16,795 nucleotides of DNA from a virus, in IMG/VR virus record IMGVR_UViG_3300045996_000259, positions 1-16,795 of that record; one strand, given 5' to 3'. Below are positions 7,809 through 14,659 of this stretch, one piece after another. The translations under genes and the position numbers were made by a program. A model generated the notes under the pieces. That model was not told the origin of the DNA, did not search any database, and saw only the letters and a list, made by a program, of their open reading frames with translations. The number at the start of each line of letters is the position of its first letter. The first letter of the stretch is position 1.

Positions 7809-9335
7809 TTAGCTATCCTGACCTGCGACAATGAGCCTGGGCTTTCCGATTGAAGGCGGAAGGGTGCGCGCCAAATGCGTGGCGGTAGCCGCCGAATACG
7901 ATGCGTCGATAGGTGCCGAGCCCTGACGGGCATACACCCACGCGTCGCCGCGCAGCAATTTCTGAGCAGCGAAGACGTGCTGATTCAGGAGTGGGTCGTC
8001 CGGGTGCTCGACCTCTTCGGCCTGGACCAACTCCGCGAAGCCCATACAGACCGCGGGCACCTCGCTCCTGATGGCGTCCACGGTCACGCCAGGGGGCCAC
8101 TTGGCACCGGTCAGTTGAGCGGCTACGGCCGCCGCGGGACCTGCCGGCAGCCAGCCCAGAGCACGGGGCCTGAGCTTGCGAACCAGGGCCGGGAGGTCTG
8201 CGCGAAGCTGCTTGGTGCAGTCAGGCCCACTCCAGGTCTTCACGACCGCCAGGCGGACCTTGCCGTCCTTCAGGGCAGCCGCCGTCAGCGTGGCGTGCCT
8301 GCCATCCAGGGACACGTCCAGGGCCAGCGCGAGGCGCGGGCGTAGACCTTCCATCCAGTCAGGGCCGGCGTCGGGTACGGCACACAGCTTCCACTTGCCG
8401 GGGTCAATCGCGGGATTCAACTGGTGGACCCTCATGCACATGTTCTCGATCTTGAACATGGCCAGCTGCTCACCACCCGCAGCCTTCGCGCGGATGGCAT
8501 CACCGATCAACGCGTCCAGCGGGTTACGGCCGGAGGGATGGTTGAGGTTCGGGTTGGCTTGCGCCAGGGCCTGCACGTCGGTCGGGTCAGAGCCGTCCGG
8601 GGCGCTCCACTCGAACAAGCCCAACCGAGGATCACCCTCGCCAGTCTCGATGAACTCCAGTGCGCTCGTGCGCAGGGAGTCCAGTACCACGGCACCGTCA
8701 TCGCCTTGGTTGCTCAGGAGGACAATCTGCGCGTCCGGCACAGCGTTAGTGGTGAACGCTGCGGCGCTGTACGCCACCCAATCCTTCAGTTGGCGTACCT
8801 CATCCATCACCAGGCGGGACACGGTGAGGCTTCGGCCAGCGTTCGTGTTGGCCGCTGCGATCTTGTAGCGGGTGCCATGTGTGGTGATGAACTCCTGCTC
8901 ACCGTTGGCGCGGCGGATGTCCGCGACCTCATCAGCCAACAGGGGCGACGACTGGGACATGTCTACTACCGCCTCGAACACCTCTTGGGCGTAGTTGAGC
9001 TTCGAGGAAGTACCCAGCACCGTCGGCCTGTAGCGGGTGCCAGGCAGGTCCACGTGCAGCCAGAAGGAGGTCAGAACCTTGGCGAAGTGAGTCTTGCCCT
9101 GCTGGCGGCTGATCAAGATCAGCAGGACGCGAAAGCGTGGCCGACCGTCCATCAACAGTTCCCCGCCATGGATCGCTAGCCACTCTTGGTACTCGTCGAA
9201 GGGGCAGTCGATCTCACGGGCGTATTCGATCAGGTCGTAGCCGTACGTCGCGTCAGGATCCGAGAGGTCACGAAGCGGAGGAGTCCACAGGCGCGGCACC
9301 GTTAGCCCGCGCACGTCGCTTGGCTCGGAGTTCAT
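7809..9335 (-). CDS. terL: Terminase large subunit (about 508 aa; start uncertain)
   Basis: Walker A LISRQQGKTH and Walker B RLVMDEV, with a C-terminal nuclease-type region (LALDVSLDG). Start candidates are ATG 9335, GTG 9314 and GTG 9299; all overlap the small terminase gene. The ORF-track start at 9392 is probably a run-in. Confidence 0.9.
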   Translation of the reverse strand: MNSEPSDVRGLTVPRLWTPPLRDLSDPDATYGYDLIEYAREIDCPFDEYQEWLAIHGGELLMDGRPRFRVLLILISRQQGKTHFAKVLTSFWLHVDLPGTRYRPTVLGTSSKLNYAQEVFEAVVDMSQSSPLLADEVADIRRANGEQEFITTHGTRYKIAAANTNAGRSLTVSRLVMDEVRQLKDWVAYSAAAFTTNAVPDAQIVLLSNQGDDGAVVLDSLRTSALEFIETGEGDPRLGLFEWSAPDGSDPTDVQALAQANPNLNHPSGRNPLDALIGDAIRAKAAGGEQLAMFKIENMCMRVHQLNPAIDPGKWKLCAVPDAGPDWMEGLRPRLALALDVSLDGRHATLTAAALKDGKVRLAVVKTWSGPDCTKQLRADLPALVRKLRPRALGWLPAGPAAAVAAQLTGAKWPPGVTVDAIRSEVPAVCMGFAELVQAEEVEHPDDPLLNQHVFAAQKLLRGDAWVYARQGSAPIDASYSAATATHLARTLPPSIGKPRLIVAGQDS

Positions 9336-9585
9336 CGAGTCGATTCCCAGGGGGTGCACCCTTCCCACCTCCCTTGCCCAGCACCGCGGCACGCCCCTTA
9401 GGCGTCATGCCCAACGACTCCAGGACCGACAGCAGTAGCGGACCCTCCTTCACCAGGTCTGCGTTCTCGCTGTCCAGACGGGCCGCGTAGAGACGCGCCA
9501 GTGCCACGGCGGCAGCGTCCTCAGGCTTCCTGTCAAGGGCGGCCAGGGCCGCGCTCAGGGCCTCGGTGAGGGTCGGGTCAGTCAC
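9268..9585 (-). CDS. terS: Terminase small subunit (105 aa, GTG start)
   Basis: Lies immediately upstream of terL. The pattern LLLSVLESLGMTPKGRAAVLGKG...LDELRAKRRAR is typical of actinophage small terminases. Confidence 0.65.
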   Translation of the reverse strand: MTDPTLTEALSAALAALDRKPEDAAAVALARLYAARLDSENADLVKEGPLLLSVLESLGMTPKGRAAVLGKGGGKGAPPGNRLDELRAKRRARANGAAPVDSSAS

Positions 9586-9687
9586 GGCCGTGACCTGCGC
9601 AGACTCGCGGAGAGAGAGAAACCAGGGCCGAGGTGTTCGTGGCTGCTGCCCGCCCGGGAAAAACGGTCACACTCGGCTTCATTCTCG

Positions 9688-9972
9688 TCACCATCTCGTG
9701 AACACTTTGTGTGGCGGCTCGTACTTCATTGGGTCACCAACGTGGCGGTTGCAAGCGGCGCAAACCGCTTCGAGGTAGCGCGGGTCATCCCCATTGGCCT
9801 TGCCTAGCTTGTGGTGAACTTGCGCGGCCTGGCCTGTGCACACCTTCGGTATTGCCAGCTGGCACATGCCGTCATTGCCACCCTGCGATTTCGGTAGCGC
9901 ATTCTGGGCGAGGACGGGTACCCGCATCTTGCGCCATTGGCGCGTGGATCCCCCAGCCCACGCTTTGCTCAT
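9688..9972 (-). CDS. HNH endonuclease (94 aa)
   Basis: CQLAIPKVC...VHHKLGKANGDD...AVCAACNRHVG fits the HNH layout (C-x-x-C type pairs, HH...N...C-x-x-C-N-x-H). It lies just upstream of the terminase genes, as in HNH-assisted cos packaging phages. Confidence 0.85.
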   Translation of the reverse strand: MSKAWAGGSTRQWRKMRVPVLAQNALPKSQGGNDGMCQLAIPKVCTGQAAQVHHKLGKANGDDPRYLEAVCAACNRHVGDPMKYEPPHKVFTRW

Positions 9973-10000
9973 TCACAAATTGTCCCAAACGGGATATGCC

Positions 10001-10807
10001 CTATCCGGCTTGTGCTTGGCGCCTGAATGGCACCACGTTGTCCGTGGTCTGTATCGGCCGTAGTCCGCCCCTACCGTCCGGCTCTGCCGGTACTTCCGTC
10101 ACGTGTAGGCAGTAGCCCAGCTTGGCTGGGTTGCCCTCGCAGGGGCAGGCAGCGGTGCTGCCACATACCAACGTGGTCCACTGGGGCGAGGCTTTGGCGG
10201 TTGCCTCGCCCGCAGGTGAGGCCGGGGCCTCACGCTGGGACTTAAGACCAGGCTGGCCGCCCAACGGGTGGGCCTGCCCTGGTTTGGATGAATCCCGCCC
10301 GGTGCCGGATTCATCACGCGCTTGCGCGTGTGTACTAGTACCAGTAACCGGACCGTCTTTGAACGGTCCGTCTTTGAGAGGACCGTCTTCTAGTATCGGC
10401 TCGTTTACATCCCCTGAACTTTCATGCCGTGAAAACGATCGTGTGATATGACCTGCGGAAACCTCAGGCTCGGCGGTGACGGACCACTCATACCGAAACT
10501 TGCCGCGGCCCATCGAGTACCGCTTGCGAGTCAGGTAGCCCTTCTTCTCCAGGCCCGCAAGTGCCTTGGCGCGGGCACCGGCACTGTCCTCGAACGGTAG
10601 CTTGTCTACCCACTCTCGGACGTTGTCCCACCCATCTGGCGGCAGTGAGAGAAGTGCGCACAGGATGGCGTGCTCCAGAGCCGTTAGCCGTACGGGCCAG
10701 TCGCCCCGGAGGAGCGAGTTGGGTAGCGGGAGCCACTTCCCGTCGTCCAGGTCGAACGCGGGCCTCGTGATGGACACGAGGGTGGCGTTCTGCCCCTTCT
10801 CGCTCAC
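10001..10807 (-). CDS. Winged-helix DNA-binding protein, putative replication initiator / replisome organiser (268 aa)
   Basis: The N-terminus WLPLPNSLLRG...LTALEHAILCALLS...AGARAKALAGLEKKGYLTRKR...GKFRYEW resembles the HTH_36 / Rep-type winged helix. A low-complexity linker follows (DGPLKDGPFKDGP), then a Cys-rich tail (CGSTAACPCEGNPAKLGYCLH). GTG start in a GTGA overlap (10804-10807). Confidence 0.5.
   Translation of the reverse strand: MSEKGQNATLVSITRPAFDLDDGKWLPLPNSLLRGDWPVRLTALEHAILCALLSLPPDGWDNVREWVDKLPFEDSAGARAKALAGLEKKGYLTRKRYSMGRGKFRYEWSVTAEPEVSAGHITRSFSRHESSGDVNEPILEDGPLKDGPFKDGPVTGTSTHAQARDESGTGRDSSKPGQAHPLGGQPGLKSQREAPASPAGEATAKASPQWTTLVCGSTAACPCEGNPAKLGYCLHVTEVPAEPDGRGGLRPIQTTDNVVPFRRQAQAG
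10350..10394. repeat. 3 x 15-bp imperfect tandem direct repeat (ggaccgtctttgaac / ggtccgtctttgaga / ggaccgtcttctagt)
   Basis: Read directly from the sequence. It encodes the DGP[LFV]K peptide repeats of the 268-aa protein. It is flanked by the perfect 10-bp palindrome gtactagtac (10332-10341) and by a 45% GC stretch (27 G/C in 10391-10450). Confidence 0.85.
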
Positions 10808-11112
10808 GCCGCCTCACCACGCTTCGGCCGTGCCGTCTCGTGACATGCCTTGCTGATGTAGCCGAGTTCGCGAGGGAAGTCGGCTCTGATCTCTGCGCCG
10901 GCCTCGAACGGCTTCGGGCACCGTGAGCACCGACCTGGGTAGCTGGCCTTGAACCAGTCGCCAAGCAACGGTTCACCCTTGGGCTTCGCGTTCTGCTCCA
11001 GCCGGCGCTTCTCGCGCCGAACATCTTCGGCGTACAGGTCTGGGGTGCGGCAGTGGCCGCAGTCGGAGGGGAACAGGTCTGAGCGCTCACAGCGTTCCAC
11101 GGCCGCGGTCAT
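10804..11112 (-). CDS. Cys-rich small protein, possible zinc ribbon (102 aa)
   Basis: Cys pairs CGHC and CSRC plus C...H (KACH). Coupled by ATGA and GTGA overlaps to both neighbouring genes. Confidence 0.5.
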   Translation of the reverse strand: MTAAVERCERSDLFPSDCGHCRTPDLYAEDVRREKRRLEQNAKPKGEPLLGDWFKASYPGRCSRCPKPFEAGAEIRADFPRELGYISKACHETARPKRGEAA

Positions 11113-11369
11113 GCGGCATCGCCGACAGCCCGCCTACGGCGCACCTGAGCCGAGCGGAAGGCCATCTTCTGGTAGTGCGCAATGCGCAGGTTCTCCGCGC
11201 ACTTGGCGCGCTGAACAGGGTCGGTGATTTCGGCCGGCACCAGAGCCTCAAACCTGGCATTCGAAGCCCTACGCATCTTCTCGGTAGCGGCCTTTCGGTC
11301 CGCCTCGCGAGCCCAACGGGTATTCGCTGCGATGCGGGCACGCAGAGTTCGCTCTTCTGGGGTAAGCAA
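11109..11369 (-). CDS. Hypothetical basic helical protein (86 aa, TTG start)
   Basis: First gene of the coupled 86/102/268-aa set. GC3-rich, with a GGAG about 9 nt upstream of the TTG. No domain recognised by eye. Confidence 0.4.
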   Translation of the reverse strand: MLTPEERTLRARIAANTRWAREADRKAATEKMRRASNARFEALVPAEITDPVQRAKCAENLRIAHYQKMAFRSAQVRRRRAVGDAA

Positions 11370-11617
11370 CGGGGGACACTCCGAACGTGATCGTGCGAAC
11401 AGGAGTGCACTTCGTTCGGCGATGCCTGCCCTTGAGCCCTACGCCCCGTCATTGTCGGGCGCGCTCTCCGGTGTCTTACGGCGGTGCCTGGACCGTGCCG
11501 GTCCGTACACCAATGACGGTAGCAAACGGCTTTTGCATACCCCAGACAAACGTGTCAAGAGTATGGAGACGCACGTCACACGTGATTTGTCGTGACTTCG
11601 ATCTTCCCGCGTGCTGC

Positions 11618-12538
11618 CTACACGCGGTCACCGCGGCGCAGGCGCCGGGCGCCCTGCTCCGCTCTCAGATCAGCCGCGGACGCGCCGTAGCGCTCCAGCA
11701 TGGCGTCGGAGGACCAGCCAGCCAACCGCTTCAAGTCGCGTTCCTGTCCGCCGGACACTAGGAAGTCGTGGGCGAAGGTATGGCGGAACCGGTGCGGGTT
11801 GACGTGGCCGATGCCGGCCTGTTCGGCGCGTAGGCGCACCAGTTCCCGCGCACCGTCGGTGGTGAGCGGCCCCCGCTCCCCCAGGAACAGGGCGTCCTCA
11901 TGCGCCCACCGATGCTTGCGCCGCTCCCGCAGGTAGCGGTCCAGGGCACGCGCTGTCCGCGACGAGAAGTAGACCGGCCGTGTCTTGCTGCCCTTGCCGG
12001 TCACGAATCCGATCTCGCGGTCCAGGTCCACATCCTTGACCTGGAGGCCGCACAGTTCCGCCACCCGAATGCCACAGTCGAGCATGAGCCGGATGACCGC
12101 CTCATCACGGCGGTAGTAGAACGGGCTCCGCTTGGCCCCCGAGTTGTCCTTCGGCGGTCGACACGCCTTGACCAGAGCGGTCAGGTCATCATCGGACAGC
12201 ACCGGCACGGGCTTGGCGGGGACGGTGGGCACCTCCAGGCCCGCCATGGGGTGGCCATCCAACTCACCTTCGGCGACAAGCCAGCTCCCGAACCGGTGCA
12301 GGCCCTTCCAGCGTGTGCGGGCGGTGCCAGGAGCCCACCTCTCGGCACCATCCGCTAGCCACTGCACGATGTCAGCACGGGTGAACTGGGCCAGCGTGGT
12401 CGACTGTCCCCGGCCGACCAGCCAGCGGCTGTAGTCGGTCAGAGCCTGCTGATAGACGCGACAGGTCGCCTCGGACTTTCCCTCAGCGCGCAGGTGTCGC
12501 CGGAACGATGCCGCAAGGTCGGACAGCTGCTCAGCCAT
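11618..12538 (-). CDS. Tyrosine recombinase / integrase, XerC/XerD-like (306 aa)
   Basis: N-terminal SAM-like core-binding region (FRRHLRAEGKSEATCRVYQQAL). The catalytic set is complete: R in CGIRVAEL, K in GKGSKTR, HRFRHTF (H-x-x-R), LAGWSS (W/H) and LERY (Tyr nucleophile). Confidence 0.9.
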   Translation of the reverse strand: MAEQLSDLAASFRRHLRAEGKSEATCRVYQQALTDYSRWLVGRGQSTTLAQFTRADIVQWLADGAERWAPGTARTRWKGLHRFGSWLVAEGELDGHPMAGLEVPTVPAKPVPVLSDDDLTALVKACRPPKDNSGAKRSPFYYRRDEAVIRLMLDCGIRVAELCGLQVKDVDLDREIGFVTGKGSKTRPVYFSSRTARALDRYLRERRKHRWAHEDALFLGERGPLTTDGARELVRLRAEQAGIGHVNPHRFRHTFAHDFLVSGGQERDLKRLAGWSSDAMLERYGASAADLRAEQGARRLRRGDRV

Positions 12539-12545
12539 GGACCTA

Positions 12546-12740
12546 GGTTATCATGCGAGCGTGCTGTATGCTCGCACTCAACAACTCCATAGAGGTGCCA
12601 TTTCAGCTGGTAGATGGCCGCGCCTTCGACGGCTGGACCCGCTTGGGCTCGCCCGGCATCTTCGGGTTATCAACCTGTTATGCGCTGTGCTGACCTGCGG
12701 AAACTGAGGTCAACGACGTACCCTGTGCGGCTAGTTATCA
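12546..12740. promoter_or_regulatory. Integrase-proximal regulatory region with three direct GTTATCA copies
   Basis: - GTTATCA at 12547-12553, 12666-12672 and 12734-12740, plus a variant GTTATGC at 12677-12683.
- Inverted repeat tgcgagc/gctcgca at 12554-12560 and 12570-12576.
- Inverted repeat cctcttc/gaagagg at 12755-12761 and 12770-12776, overlapping the ribosome-binding site of the 12782 gene.
- On the minus strand, TAACCT (12545-12550) lies 6 nt upstream of the integrase ATG. Confidence 0.4.
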
Positions 12741-12781
12741 GGTGAATTTTGGCACCTCTTCGATCTTGAGAAGAGGACCAG

Positions 12782-12970
12782 ATGGCCACCGTATCGATGA
12801 TCTACATGATCCTGCACAACGGGCTCTGGTACCTGGTCGAGGTCGAGCATGGACGCGCTCGCCTCTACCAACTGGAAGTCAACCCACCCACGATCACGTG
12901 GCGGGACTGCCCGGACGGCACTACCCCGGTGATCAACGTAACACCAACCGAACGCGACGCGACGAACTGA
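12782..12970 (+). CDS. Hypothetical protein (62 aa)
   Basis: GAGGA lies 5 nt upstream of the ATG. GC3-rich codons. Divergent from the integrase. Confidence 0.5.
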   Translation: MATVSMIYMILHNGLWYLVEVEHGRARLYQLEVNPPTITWRDCPDGTTPVINVTPTERDATN

Positions 12971-13042
12971 GACAGCAAGCGGCCCCCGGTGGTGTTGCGA
13001 GCACCAGCCAGGGGCCTAGATCCACTGGTGAAGGAGTGGACC

Positions 13043-13258
13043 GTGAACATTGATACCACATTCGAGGAGATCGTTGACTGCCTGGACATGTTCTGGTGCC
13101 CCAGGTGCATGGCCGTGGCCTACGGCCGCGAGGCCCAGCACTGGACGTTCGGCATCACCAACGAGGCGTTCGACTCCATTGACTGCGTGTGTCCCGACTG
13201 CGTGACCGAGGCAGACCTGACGAACCCCGAGGTCCAGAGGTGGATCAACCAGCGCTAG
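13043..13258 (+). CDS. Cys-rich zinc-ribbon-like protein (71 aa, GTG start)
   Basis: GAAGGAG lies 6 nt upstream of GTG 13043. CPRC ... CVCPDC motifs. The ORF-track start at 12989 lacks a ribosome-binding site. Confidence 0.5.
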   Translation: MNIDTTFEEIVDCLDMFWCPRCMAVAYGREAQHWTFGITNEAFDSIDCVCPDCVTEADLTNPEVQRWINQR

Positions 13259-13270
13259 GAAGGCGAGACG

Positions 13271-13462
13271 ATGGCACGAGGCAAGTGGAACACCAGTTTC
13301 AGGGACAAGGCGAAGGCCCAGTACCAGGCTGACCAGACGGCAGCCGCCATCGCGGCGACCAACGACCAGGTGCGTCAGGAGGCGTGGCAAGCGGGGTACG
13401 CGGCGGGCTACCAGGCAGGCCGTGACAGCGTGCTCGGATCCCAGCAGCCCCCGCGTCCGTAG
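13271..13462 (+). CDS. Hypothetical protein (63 aa)
   Basis: A GGAAGG ribosome-binding site precedes the ATG. GC3-rich. Contains the AGYAAGYQAG repeat. Confidence 0.45.
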   Translation: MARGKWNTSFRDKAKAQYQADQTAAAIAATNDQVRQEAWQAGYAAGYQAGRDSVLGSQQPPRP

Positions 13463-13470
13463 CATCCGCG

Positions 13471-13683
13471 CTACGCGTTCAGCAGCCCTCGGTCACTCTG
13501 GCCGGGGGCTGCCTGCCGTCCTGGCCTGTAGCCGCACGGTGCGGTGGAGGGAGTCGCGAAGTCCTTGATGGCCGCAACGACCGGACCCAGCGCGTGAAGG
13601 TCCCACTGGTCACAGTCGTCGGCTAGCTGGATCGACCAATTGCCGGATCCGTCGTTCGAGAAGCGTGCGATGTACTGAGTCAT
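13471..13683 (-). CDS. Hypothetical protein (70 aa)
   Basis: ATGA overlap with the upstream HTH gene (13680-13683). GC3-rich in its first two thirds. Confidence 0.45.
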   Translation of the reverse strand: MTQYIARFSNDGSGNWSIQLADDCDQWDLHALGPVVAAIKDFATPSTAPCGYRPGRQAAPGQSDRGLLNA

Positions 13684-13883
13684 TCGTCCGGATCTTCCTC
13701 CGCGTTCCGCGGGATTGCGTTGATTTGATCACGCAGCTTGTCCACATCCCAGCGGTACCGACCGGACGGCAGGGTGAGGTCCGGCTTGATCAAGCCGGCA
13801 GCTACGTAGCGTTGAATGGTTCGACCGGAGATGCCTAATCGCTTGGCAGCTTCCGTGGTCGTCACCAGCTCCTCACCCGTCAT
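13680..13883 (-). CDS. Excisionase-family / MerR-like HTH DNA-binding protein (67 aa)
   Basis: TTTEAAKRLGISGRTIQRYVAAGLIKP...GRYRW matches the HTH_17 (excisionase-type) layout. ATG 13883 is preceded by AAGGTG with a 6-nt spacer. The ORF-track GTG at 13892 is an alternative start. Confidence 0.7.
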   Translation of the reverse strand: MTGEELVTTTEAAKRLGISGRTIQRYVAAGLIKPDLTLPSGRYRWDVDKLRDQINAIPRNAEEDPDE

Positions 13884-13924
13884 GACCTGCACCTTAAGAC
13901 GTCAGAGTGCGCCAAACGGGTGAG

Positions 13925-14000
13925 CTGTCGTGACAGTCACTCATTGTCGTGCTAAGTCAGCTCTTGTCGCCATTGTCGCCAACAGTCGTCTATAGTCGCC
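13925..14000. promoter_or_regulatory. Array of [TA]GTCG motifs in the divergent intergenic region; candidate operators or iterons
   Basis: TGTCG at 13926, 13945, 13965 and 13974, and AGTCG at 13984 and 13994. Spacings are 19, 20, 9, 10 and 10 bp. The array includes the 5-2-5 palindrome ctgtcgtgacag (13925-13936) and a tandem TTGTCGCC at 13964-13971 and 13973-13980. Confidence 0.45.
13991..13996 (+). promoter_or_regulatory. -10-like hexamer TATAGT, 6 nt upstream of ATG 14003 (leaderless-type arrangement)
   Basis: TATAGTcgccctATG with no Shine-Dalgarno sequence. A TAnnnT hexamer 6-7 nt from the start codon is the usual actinobacterial leaderless geometry. Confidence 0.35.
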
Positions 14001-14002
14001 CT

Positions 14003-14206
14003 ATGTCCGACCTGCGCTGGCTCGTCTCCTGGGATGGGCACATGCACGCGTTCAAGCGGGAGCAGGCCGCTGCGGACTTCGCGGTCGTCGCCCTGTGCAA
14101 GCACATCGCGCAGACCAAGACCGTGAAGGAAGGCCAGGCCCAGCAGTGCTTCGGGTGCCTGGTCGCGATGGGTGAGAGCCTGTCCACTGACGACAGGTGG
14201 CGCTAG
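14003..14206 (+). CDS. Hypothetical protein (67 aa)
   Basis: Almost all codons end in G/C. The His/Cys pattern is HMH...C...CFGC. Its stop shares the palindrome CTAG (14203-14206) with the convergent minus-strand gene. Confidence 0.5.
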   Translation: MSDLRWLVSWDGHMHAFKREQAAADFAVVALCKHIAQTKTVKEGQAQQCFGCLVAMGESLSTDDRWR

Positions 14207-14442
14207 ACGGGGTAGAACACCCCGTCCACCAGGAAGTGCTTGCCCACCCATATCCACAAGCCCAGCGCCAGGAACCAGGCCAGGTCTACCGACTGGAACA
14301 CCGGCCGTAGGTGCGCCGTCAGTTCGTTGCCCTTGAACCAGATGAGGCTGTACGCCTCCCAGCCGGCGAAGAACAGGATCCAGGCCACCCAACCTAGGGT
14401 GAGGTGGTCCCAGCGCCAGGCGGCCCAACTGGAGGCCATCAT
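14203..14442 (-). CDS. Small membrane protein with 2 predicted transmembrane helices (79 aa); lysis-cassette position
   Basis: Trp-rich hydrophobic helices LTLGWVAWILFFAGWEAYSLIW and LAWFLALGLWIWVG. ATGA overlap with the upstream gene (14439-14442). Confidence 0.5.
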   Translation of the reverse strand: MMASSWAAWRWDHLTLGWVAWILFFAGWEAYSLIWFKGNELTAHLRPVFQSVDLAWFLALGLWIWVGKHFLVDGVFYPV

Positions 14443-14657
14443 GAGGCACCTCCAGATCGGATCCCCCACGCGGCCAGGATCACGCCCGTGATCGGGCTGG
14501 CCAGCACCGCCATCCAGAAGGACCAGCCGCGGGCAGTGCGCCTGTCCAACTTGGCGTCGAGCGCGTTCATACGCCAGGTGGCTACCGCGATGTGCGTGTC
14601 CACCTTCTTGTCGACCGCCACCAGCAGGTCATAGATCTCGTCATTCGACTTGGCCAT
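14439..14657 (-). CDS. Holin-like protein: helical N-terminus plus one C-terminal transmembrane helix (72 aa)
   Basis: WSFWMAVLASPITGVILAAWGI follows a charged helical region. The gene lies after the tail genes. Confidence 0.4.
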   Translation of the reverse strand: MAKSNDEIYDLLVAVDKKVDTHIAVATWRMNALDAKLDRRTARGWSFWMAVLASPITGVILAAWGIRSGGAS

Positions 14658-14659
14658 GA

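Noticed and set aside
9611-9619. Short (AG)n tract considered as a microsatellite or CRISPR-like repeat
   Set aside because: It is only about 4.5 units in a single copy. The window contains no repeat-spacer periodicity.
10488-11090. 200-aa minus-strand ORF overlapping the 268-aa and 102-aa genes; also 13952..14449 (165 aa) and 13016..13465 (149 aa)
   Set aside because: These are alternative frames of better-supported genes. Their composition is Arg/Pro-rich, and they lack ribosome-binding sites and translational coupling.
12595-12680. tRNA-like look of ggtgccatttcagctggtagatggccgcgccttcgacggctgg, as a possible tRNA gene or tRNA-derived attP core
   Set aside because: The D-stem halves (tcag / tggc) do not pair. 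The candidate anticodon stem encloses a 9-nt loop where a tRNA has 7 nt. No GTTCGAATC-type T-arm follows.
14203-14206. CTAG shared by the convergent stop codons of the 67-aa (+) and 79-aa (-) genes
   Set aside because: It is real but trivially explained by genome compaction, with no evidence of function beyond that.
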